Made by a program: the position numbers and the translations under genes. This document shows, piece by piece, positions 9,509-17,245 of a stretch of DNA of 64,000 nt (position 1 is the stretch's first letter; each line of letters begins with the position of its first letter). Source of the stretch: Candidatus Hadarchaeales archaeon (GTDB lineage Archaea > Hadarchaeota > Hadarchaeia > Hadarchaeales > Hadarchaeaceae); assembly GCA_038851075.1 (NCBI GenBank), contig JAWCLG010000001.1, forward strand, positions 1 through 64,000, written 5' to 3'. The notes below the pieces were generated by a model. It was not told the origin of the DNA. It saw only the letters and a list, made by a program, of their open reading frames with translations, and did not search any database.

Positions 9509-10237
9509 TCAGTGCCCTCTGAGGAACCCCAGCAAGGTCGCCGACAGAAAACCCGTGAGGAAACCCATCTCATGGGCGAACAGGTTCACGCCAGGTCCCG
9601 CCCCGAAGAATCCGTCTGGGTCGAAGAATATGCTGAACAGAAAGATGAAAACCAGAACCACCGAAATGCCGCTCAGCATCCTTTCTGCAATGTCTGCGGT
9701 TAAAACACGTTTCCCTCCCCCAGACCTCCACTTTCTCACCATCCTCGTGACCTGTGCAGGCATGCTTTTCAGCGCGGCCGCGAGAAGGACTCCGGTCGCA
9801 CCGTACACCATGCCGGACGCACCCCATGTCCTGAGCCCGTAACCGCTTAGAATGACCAGGTATTCGACGGCGTTTATGATGAACGCGGCCGCCGTAGCCA
9901 GAATCGCGAACGCAACGCACCATCTTCTTCTAACGGGAGATGGGTAAATCTGGATAACCCCTCCGAAAATAACGGTTACCATCAGAAGACCGGTCATGTT
10001 ATTGATGAGATGCGGGGCGTCGACGTGGAGAACCACCGAAGTCACCACGCCCCACGGCCTTTCGCTTGAGAGCCAGAGCCACCCTGCCAGTGAACGTTCC
10101 GCGCTGACCGCGGCGTACACGGGAATCGCCACTGCCGAAAAACAGATGACCAGGAGGATCAGGGGGAGGTAGCTTCTTGATGCCCTGCACATCCTCCTGA
10201 AGTGCGAGTCTCCCGCCTTTTTCGATCTGCCCCTCAT
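9509..10237 (-). CDS. Rhomboid family intramembrane serine protease
   Basis: PWGVVTSVVLHVDAPHLINNM, GASG catalytic Ser, AHEMG catalytic His; multiple TMs; ATG 10237 overlaps the upstream stop. Confidence 0.88.
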   Translation of the reverse strand: MRGRSKKAGDSHFRRMCRASRSYLPLILLVICFSAVAIPVYAAVSAERSLAGWLWLSSERPWGVVTSVVLHVDAPHLINNMTGLLMVTVIFGGVIQIYPSPVRRRWCVAFAILATAAAFIINAVEYLVILSGYGLRTWGASGMVYGATGVLLAAALKSMPAQVTRMVRKWRSGGGKRVLTADIAERMLSGISVVLVFIFLFSIFFDPDGFFGAGPGVNLFAHEMGFLTGFLSATLLGFLRGH

Positions 10238-11316
10238 TGTTTCTCCCAGACCAGCAGGGCCTCCTTGGTCAGCCCGAGTTTTTTCCTGGAGGGCGTGGTG
10301 CACTGCCTTTTATTGACAACAATTGCACGTCTGGCCTTCAGTCCCTCCTCCTCGGCCATCCTGCAGAGTGGAATGCAGACCTCGACCACTCCTTCTCTGG
10401 AGCATGCGTCCGAGACGACAACGCATATCCTGCCTCCCGGCCTGCACACTCTTCTTATCTCGGAGATCACGGTTCTCATGTTCCTGAAATACGCCTCCGC
10501 ACCCCCATCTCCGGAGCCGCCCAGCGTCTCCTCACCGCTCACCTGGTCGAGTCCGGCTATCCACTGCTCGACCCTGTAAGCATGCAGGTACTCGTTCTTG
10601 TTAAGATACGGGGGAGACGTTATGACGGCGCTGATCGCTCCATCCTCCAGTGGAAGAAGTCTAGCATCGCCTCTCATGACAGTGGCGCGTGCATCGGAGA
10701 ACTTTATTTTCTCCGTGTCGCAGATCATCTTTCTCGCCTGCTCAGCGAAAGCTTTCCTCAGCTGGGGGGTCCTGCGTCTCACGGAGCGAATGGCGCTGCC
10801 GTCCTTCACCATCCAGCTGCACCTGACCGCGGAATTCACGAGCACCATCTTCATAAAATCTCTTATGAGTGCGTCCTCAACTAGGTTAACGGCTTTTCTG
10901 AAGAACAGGAGATCGTTCAGTGTTTCCGGGGAGAACACCCGTTTTACAAATGCCGGAACGTCCTCATGAACCTCTTCGTATTCTGACTTCAGGAGTTCAT
11001 CTGCGGTGTCCGACAGCGCGGCCCTCTCATAATCTGAGAGCTTTACGCGGGATGCGAATAGCATCATCGGGTGAACGTCAAAGCCGATGGACTCTATTCC
11101 GAGTTCCCTGCACGCCAGAAGGGTTGTGCCCGCCCCGCAGAACGGGTCGAGGACCCTGTCGCCAGAAGTGAGCTTCCATGTGTCGGCGAGGGTGAGCACG
11201 AGTTCTCTTGAAAAGGACTCCTTTGCCAGAAACCAGCTGTAAACCGGCATATCCCTGTCAGGCACGGGAGTGACCAGCTTTCCGAGTCTGAGCATCTCGG
11301 ATGTCCTCAAACTCAT
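10234..11316 (-). CDS. DNA amino-methyltransferase, probably N4-cytosine, alpha motif order; orphan
   Basis: Motif I VLDPFCGAGTT precedes motif IV VITSPPY; TGATG coupling to rfcL at 11316. Confidence 0.85.
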   Translation of the reverse strand: MSLRTSEMLRLGKLVTPVPDRDMPVYSWFLAKESFSRELVLTLADTWKLTSGDRVLDPFCGAGTTLLACRELGIESIGFDVHPMMLFASRVKLSDYERAALSDTADELLKSEYEEVHEDVPAFVKRVFSPETLNDLLFFRKAVNLVEDALIRDFMKMVLVNSAVRCSWMVKDGSAIRSVRRRTPQLRKAFAEQARKMICDTEKIKFSDARATVMRGDARLLPLEDGAISAVITSPPYLNKNEYLHAYRVEQWIAGLDQVSGEETLGGSGDGGAEAYFRNMRTVISEIRRVCRPGGRICVVVSDACSREGVVEVCIPLCRMAEEEGLKARRAIVVNKRQCTTPSRKKLGLTKEALLVWEKQ

Positions 11317-12536
11317 CACGTCTGCAGGAGGGCCTTTGCCTCGACCTCCGTCAGCTTGAGCCAGTCTTCGATGGCCTTTCCGGCCCCCCGGTTCTTTCTG
11401 TTTATCCAGCGCATATACGGCAGGACATCTCTCATGACGACGCGCGATGAGGTGTGGCATTCCGCGGCTATCTTCTTAGAAAGCGATGCGACAGCCGCAC
11501 GATCTGCCCTGGTCCTTGAAAAGCGTCTGATGTGCGATGGGGTCTCGAATTTAGGGAGGCGCATCGCGCTTCCGCCCATGCGTGAGAAAACCCCGGCTGT
11601 CATCATGTCCGAGGCGTATCCCCAGAACATGTAGTTCTGGGATTTTCTGGTCCTCCCGAGAAAGACATCAGCCCGTGATATGGCATCGTACACGCCGGCA
11701 AGGCGGCGCTTGTCGGTTAACATCCTCGGGACGTTTTCGGAGATCCATCCCAGAGCATCCTCGGGGAACATGTCCAGGGACCAGATGAGCTCCCTGGCCT
11801 CCTTTGAACCGGTCGCTGAAACGAGTCCGATCAAAAACTCGGAAACGTTCCGTGCGACATCTCTCCTGTATATGATAAAATCGCCGGTCCTGAGGGTTTT
11901 CTTTCCGGAAGCGGCGGTCTGAAGGTCGTTTATCGCGGCCCTGATGTCCCCCCTGGAGGTTTCGGCGATAACCCTGATTGCCTCTGGTTCGGCAGATACG
12001 CCCTCCTCGCGGCATATCCTCTGGAGCACCGCTGAGACAGTCTCGATGTCCGGCTTCCTGAAGGCCACCGGAAGGCATGCGGCCCGCAGCTCCCATGGCA
12101 GCTCACCCGGGTCGTTTGCCACGAGGGCAATCGGGTTCCCGGTCCCCCTGATCATCTCGAGGAGCGCCTGATATCCTCCACGATCCAGCGTTCCGTGGAT
12201 GCGGTCAGCGTCGTCGATTACTATCAGCCTTAACGTCCCGCGCCCGAATATGGTCCCCGTTGTGGCGGCTGCCCCGGCCACCCTCTTAACCTCAGACATA
12301 GTCCTCCTGTCGCTTGCGTTCATCTCAACCGTATCCCAGCCGAATTCATTTGCGAGCGCCCCGAGAGCCGCGCTCTTCCCAGTGCCAGTCGGTCCGTGCA
12401 CCAGCACTGCCTTTTTTGGCGGTTTGCCGTGCTTCCATCCGTTTGCCCATGAGACGAGTGTGCGGACTGCATCGGGCTGCCCGAGAACATGAGAAATTTT
12501 GTTTGGCCTGTACTTTTCCGCCCATATCTCGGTCAT
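11316..12536 (-). CDS. rfcL: Replication factor C large subunit
   Basis: WAEKYRP, Walker A GPTGTGKS, EMNASDRR, GDIRAAINDLQ, WISENVP. Confidence 0.92.
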   Translation of the reverse strand: MTEIWAEKYRPNKISHVLGQPDAVRTLVSWANGWKHGKPPKKAVLVHGPTGTGKSAALGALANEFGWDTVEMNASDRRTMSEVKRVAGAAATTGTIFGRGTLRLIVIDDADRIHGTLDRGGYQALLEMIRGTGNPIALVANDPGELPWELRAACLPVAFRKPDIETVSAVLQRICREEGVSAEPEAIRVIAETSRGDIRAAINDLQTAASGKKTLRTGDFIIYRRDVARNVSEFLIGLVSATGSKEARELIWSLDMFPEDALGWISENVPRMLTDKRRLAGVYDAISRADVFLGRTRKSQNYMFWGYASDMMTAGVFSRMGGSAMRLPKFETPSHIRRFSRTRADRAAVASLSKKIAAECHTSSRVVMRDVLPYMRWINRKNRGAGKAIEDWLKLTEVEAKALLQT

Positions 12537-12696
12537 GAGCCCACCAGATTCCTGTTGTCAAGCGCACGATTTAAGACTGAGCGGATGAAAGCTGGGTCCT
12601 GCTTTCGGAGATGGTGCCATCTTTTTTGGATACAGGGCGCGCTCAACGCGGATAATTGACTTAAGCGATGAAGCGCAAATTGAACCTGGTGGTCAC

Positions 12697-13992
12697 CTGA
12701 AGATAGCGGTTATCTCGGATATGCATCTCGGGGCGAAGTGGGGGACCCCCAGGGAGGAAGACTCCTTTGACCAGGCGAGGGAGGCCATTGAGAGGGCGCT
12801 GGAACTCGGGGCCCAGGCAATCCTGATTCCGGGGGACATATTTGATGTTCGCATCCCCAGGCAGGAGGTATGGGCCAGATCGATGCGTGTCCTGTCGATA
12901 CCGGCCTCGGTCACCAACAGAGGGGTAAATCTTCTGGAGGGCCCCGGTAAGGAGATCTCTGACTTTTCCCCGCTGCACTTCAGGGGCATCCCGGTTATTG
13001 CGATACACGGCAACCATGAGAAGAGAACAAGAGGGCTGGTGAACCCGGTTGAGGCGCTCGAGGCTGCAGGGCTTCTGGTGCACCTAGACAGAGAGTTCGT
13101 GATGCTGGAGGGAGGAGGTGAAGCCGTTGCGGTTCACGGAATGAGCAACGTGCCCGAACAGCATGCCAGGAGCACTCTGCTCTCATGGAACCCGAAGCCG
13201 CTGAAAGATGCTGTGAATCTGCTGATGATTCATCAGTCACTGGGCCAGTTCATATATTCCTCTGAAGAAAAGCCAACGCTGGATATCCCGGACCTTCCGA
13301 AAGGCTTTGACATGTACATATGCGGACATATCCACGAGCGTTCGGAGAGCTCCGCTCACGGGGCGCCCCTGATATTTCCAGGAAGCACCGAGCGCACGCA
13401 GCTGCTCAAGGCCGAGGCAGAATCAGGCAAAGGATTCTACATTATTGACACAAAAGGATTCAGATATGAATTCCACGAGCTCACCACAACGCGAGATTTT
13501 TACTACGAGGAGATGCGCTTCGATGGGGCGGATCCGAAGTTCATTGAGATGTCGGTGCGGAAGAAGATTGAAGATTTCCTTGGAATGCCGAGAAGAAACA
13601 CCAGGAAGATACCTCTTGTGAGAATAAGGCTGATCGGCACGCTTTCGAGGGGATCCTCCAGGCGCGACATAGATGATGGAGGAATATCGCGCGAGTTCGA
13701 GGGCAGAGCGATAGTAAACATAGGCAAGGGCGATCTTGTCTCACCCGAACTAGAGGAAAAGGTGCAGCTTCTTCGTGAACTGAAGGAGAGGAGGCTGACC
13801 ATCGATGAAACGGTGCAGAAACTGCTTGAGGAGAACCTGAAGGATCTTGGATACAGCGGCGTGTTCGACGCCGTGAGGCTCTACGAGATGCTCGCTGAGG
13901 ACAGGGAGGGAGATGCGATGAGACACATAGAGATGGTCATCGACAGCAGGGTGAGGACGGAGGCCGGTGATCAGGATGATAACAAGGGTTAG
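12697..13992 (+). CDS. mre11: DNA double-strand break repair nuclease Mre11
   Basis: KIAVISDMHLG (needs a CTG start at 12697), PGDIFD, IHGNHE, CGHIH, FPGS. Confidence 0.93.
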   Translation: MKIAVISDMHLGAKWGTPREEDSFDQAREAIERALELGAQAILIPGDIFDVRIPRQEVWARSMRVLSIPASVTNRGVNLLEGPGKEISDFSPLHFRGIPVIAIHGNHEKRTRGLVNPVEALEAAGLLVHLDREFVMLEGGGEAVAVHGMSNVPEQHARSTLLSWNPKPLKDAVNLLMIHQSLGQFIYSSEEKPTLDIPDLPKGFDMYICGHIHERSESSAHGAPLIFPGSTERTQLLKAEAESGKGFYIIDTKGFRYEFHELTTTRDFYYEEMRFDGADPKFIEMSVRKKIEDFLGMPRRNTRKIPLVRIRLIGTLSRGSSRRDIDDGGISREFEGRAIVNIGKGDLVSPELEEKVQLLRELKERRLTIDETVQKLLEENLKDLGYSGVFDAVRLYEMLAEDREGDAMRHIEMVIDSRVRTEAGDQDDNKG

Positions 13993-16375
13993 GCTGAAGA
14001 ACTGGAAATCTCACGAGGAGACCGATATCACGTTCGGTGACGGGACAAACGTGCTCATCGGTCCGATGGGATCCGGAAAGTCATCGGTGCTTGAGGCGAT
14101 GGCATACGGGCTGTTCGGCACCCTGCCCGGGATACAGTCAAGAAGAATAAAGCTGGAGGACCTGATAAGAAGCAGGCCGACCCCGATGGACCGGGCTGAA
14201 GTCGAAGTGTGGTTTGTGTCTCCGGATGGAACGGAGTACGTGGTGAAGCGCACCATATCAAGGGGCCTGGGAACCGCATCTTCTGAGCTGACAAAGGCAA
14301 ACGGTGAGCTCGTGGAGAGCGGCAGCACCAGGGTGAACGAGCACGTTGGGAGAGTTCTGGGGATGAACTACGAGCTGTTCGAGCGCGCGGTTTACTCGGA
14401 GCAGAACCGGCTTGACTACTTTCTCTCGCTTCCGAAGGGAAAGAGGATGGAAAGCATAGACGAGCTCCTCGGCATAAACAGGCTCGAGAACGCGAGGCAG
14501 AACATCGTGAGTCTCATTAACAGAGTTAAGGACAGAGCCGCGGAGACCGAGGACGAAGCGCGCAGACGCATGGAGGATAAAGACGTCAAAGAGATAGACC
14601 TTCTGTCGTCCGGGCTGTCCAGGCTGGAGGCGGAAATCTCGGATTTGAGGAGAGATATCACGGACCTTGAGCGGGAAGCTGATGAGGCCCGGCTGAAACT
14701 TGATGAACTCGGCAGGGTTGAGAAGGAGATGATTGAAGCCGAAAAAACCTTCCGGGAAGTTCAGGGAAAGGTGGATTCACTGAGGTCCAGGCGCGATGAT
14801 ATCAGACGGAGAGTTGGAGTCGATTCCGAGGTGCCGGTCGCGGAGCTGGAGTCAAGAGTAAAATCCGCGGAAGAAACCTACAATAAGAAAGCCGGAGAAC
14901 TCGACGGGCTGAACTCGGAGTATGCGTCTGTCCGATCAAGGCTCAGCAGGATTGAGGCCGAGGAGCAGCTGACGGTCAAGGCGCTTGCCGGGGTGAAATC
15001 TAAAATCGAGGAAAAACTGAAAAAACTTGAATACCTGAAAAAGACTCCGGTTCAGGCAGTGAAGTCAGATCTGGAGTCGCTCGTCGCCGAGTTTAACAGA
15101 GCGCAGAGGGACGCCGCGGAGAAGAGGGCCAGGTTGGAGAACATCAGAAAATCGCTGGAAGAACTGATGGGCGCAGGTCCGGTATGCCCCGTCTGCGAAA
15201 GTCCACTCGATGAAAACAGGAAGAATGCTCTGATACAGCATAAAACTGGGCTGCTCGCCCTTACAGAGGTGGAGATCAGAGAGGCCGAGAGCGAGGTTGC
15301 CAGAATATCGAACGTGATCGAGAGCAGGAACTCTGAACTGCAGAAATTGCTGCTGATCGAAAAGGAGACGGTCGACCTTCCCGATATCGAGAGCGAGGCC
15401 GCAGGTCACGAGCGAAGGCTGAAGGCCATATCTTCGGAGAAATCTGAGCTCTCAGGGAAACTCGATGAGCTGAAGTCAAGGATGACGGCGGCGAAAAATG
15501 AGCTCAGCACCAGTGAAAAGGCGCTGTCTGAGGCGAGGCAGAGGCTGCTTCTGAGGAAAGAACAGGAGAGGATCGAGAGCGAGCTAGAGGTATGGCTCCG
15601 TGAGCTTGAGATGAGCAGGATGAAACTTGAGGAACTGAAGAAAGGATACGACGAGAAAACGGCCCTGGAGACGAAGAATAGATGGGAGGATCTGTACGGG
15701 CGTTTGAAGTCGAAACAGGCCGAACTGGAGGGTAAGGAAAGTCTTGCCGCAGAGAGGAGAAAAATCGTTGAGGGGGCCAGAAAAAAGCTGCAGGAAGCGA
15801 TGATAATGAAATCAAGGGCGAAGCACCTGGACGACGCCTGGAGGATGCTGGGTCTGATTCAGGCCGCGCTTCAGAAAACGCAGTCCAGCATGCGCAGGAT
15901 GTTCGTTGATGGCGTGAATGAGGTGATGAACGACCTCTGGGAGAGCATATATCCTTACGGGGATTTTGTGGGAATCCAGCTCTCGGTAACCGGTGAGGGC
16001 AAGACCGGAGACTATGTGCTGATGCTCAGGAACAGAAATGGAGACTGGGTTCCGGTTGAGGGGCTGGTCAGCGGCGGTGAACGCACCGATGCCTGCCTTG
16101 CGCTGCGGATAGCGTTCTCAATAGTGCTTGCCCCGAACCTGAAGTGGATAGTTTTCGACGAACCCACCCACAACCTGGACTCAGACGGCATCTCGGAGCT
16201 GGCGAAGGTCCTGAGGGAGAGGATGCCTGAGGTGGTCAGGCAGGTCCTGCTGATAACGCACGAGGAGAGGCTGGAGAGCGCGGTGAGCGGCTACCTTTAC
16301 AGGTTCTTCAGGAACAAGGACGCCGAGGAGCCCACGAGGGTGGAGCAGGTGTCGGCTCCTGAAAAGATGGGCTGA
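13976..16375 (+). CDS. rad50: DNA double-strand break repair ATPase Rad50
   Basis: Walker A GPMGSGKSS, long coiled coils, zinc hook CPVC, signature VSGGE, Walker B VFDEPT, ITH. Confidence 0.95.
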   Translation: MITRVRLKNWKSHEETDITFGDGTNVLIGPMGSGKSSVLEAMAYGLFGTLPGIQSRRIKLEDLIRSRPTPMDRAEVEVWFVSPDGTEYVVKRTISRGLGTASSELTKANGELVESGSTRVNEHVGRVLGMNYELFERAVYSEQNRLDYFLSLPKGKRMESIDELLGINRLENARQNIVSLINRVKDRAAETEDEARRRMEDKDVKEIDLLSSGLSRLEAEISDLRRDITDLEREADEARLKLDELGRVEKEMIEAEKTFREVQGKVDSLRSRRDDIRRRVGVDSEVPVAELESRVKSAEETYNKKAGELDGLNSEYASVRSRLSRIEAEEQLTVKALAGVKSKIEEKLKKLEYLKKTPVQAVKSDLESLVAEFNRAQRDAAEKRARLENIRKSLEELMGAGPVCPVCESPLDENRKNALIQHKTGLLALTEVEIREAESEVARISNVIESRNSELQKLLLIEKETVDLPDIESEAAGHERRLKAISSEKSELSGKLDELKSRMTAAKNELSTSEKALSEARQRLLLRKEQERIESELEVWLRELEMSRMKLEELKKGYDEKTALETKNRWEDLYGRLKSKQAELEGKESLAAERRKIVEGARKKLQEAMIMKSRAKHLDDAWRMLGLIQAALQKTQSSMRRMFVDGVNEVMNDLWESIYPYGDFVGIQLSVTGEGKTGDYVLMLRNRNGDWVPVEGLVSGGERTDACLALRIAFSIVLAPNLKWIVFDEPTHNLDSDGISELAKVLRERMPEVVRQVLLITHEERLESAVSGYLYRFFRNKDAEEPTRVEQVSAPEKMG

Positions 16376-16377
16376 CT

Positions 16378-16905
16378 ATGCCGGACATAAAGGTTCTGTG
16401 TATCGGCCGAGAGACCAAGGTTGTTGGCAGCGGCCTTTACAGAAAGGTGCTGAGGTGCGGGAGGGTGGCTGTGAAGGTCCACATGAGTAAAACGGGTCGC
16501 GCCGATGAGATGCTCGAGAGGGCCAGAAGGATAGACGACAAAAACAGAGAGCTGAGGCGTGAGGTGGATTTCCTGCCAGAGTACTATGGGGCAGTTATAA
16601 CCGGAGTTAGGATTGGAGACCGCACCTTTTCCGCAGTCGTAACTTTTCACGAGTACGTCGAACCGGTTCGCCTTTACTCGCTTAGGGTGATCAGAGACGT
16701 GTTTGAGCTCGTTGCCAGAGCGGGTGATGCCGGATACATCCTGGATATGAAGCCTTCAAATTTTGGAATGAAGGGAAAGCAAATTCTCTATCTGGATGAG
16801 TATGGACTTGGTAAAGGACCGGTGCCCCCCGACGTCATGGAAGACCTCGCAGAGATGTTTCGGGATTTTATCAAAGGGATACGACTCGGGAAAACGCGGA
16901 AATGA
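16378..16905 (+). CDS. Minimal protein-kinase-fold protein
   Basis: VGSGLYRKV Gly loop, VAVKV, LPEYYG, FHEYVE hinge, LDMKPSNF catalytic loop, YLDEYG in place of DFG. Confidence 0.7.
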   Translation: MPDIKVLCIGRETKVVGSGLYRKVLRCGRVAVKVHMSKTGRADEMLERARRIDDKNRELRREVDFLPEYYGAVITGVRIGDRTFSAVVTFHEYVEPVRLYSLRVIRDVFELVARAGDAGYILDMKPSNFGMKGKQILYLDEYGLGKGPVPPDVMEDLAEMFRDFIKGIRLGKTRK

Positions 16906-16944
16906 TTTAAATACGTGCAATGATTAGTTGTCAGAGGTGATTGC

Positions 16945-17211
16945 TTGGGAGCGTCCAGAGCACTCGGTGGGCTTATATGTGTCGTGACCGTCCTCGTAGC
17001 AGCGCTCCATATATGGTTTGGATACATCGGAGACATTAACAACATTGGGAACGTGTACAACAGACCCGGTCTTGCATTCGCCCTCCCGCTGACTGTCGGT
17101 CTGCTGGTCGTGTGCGGGATAGGCTTCTGGCTAGGCTGGATAATGGCAACGACAAAAGAGGCGTCACCGCCCGCTTCTGAGAAGAAGGAAGAGAAAAAAC
17201 AGGAAAAGTAG
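16945..17211 (+). CDS. Small 2-TM membrane protein, DPM2-like
   Basis: TTG start 4 nt after GGTGA; two TMs; AFALPLTVGLLVVCGIGFWLGWIM followed by a charged tail. Confidence 0.7.
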   Translation: MGASRALGGLICVVTVLVAALHIWFGYIGDINNIGNVYNRPGLAFALPLTVGLLVVCGIGFWLGWIMATTKEASPPASEKKEEKKQEK

Positions 17212-17245
17212 ACCCAGAGGCTTTTAACCGCGGCGGATATCTATA

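Noticed and set aside
12577-12600. Hammerhead ribozyme (CTGA...GAAA)
   Set aside because: Lacks the CUGANGA core and the required stem arrangement
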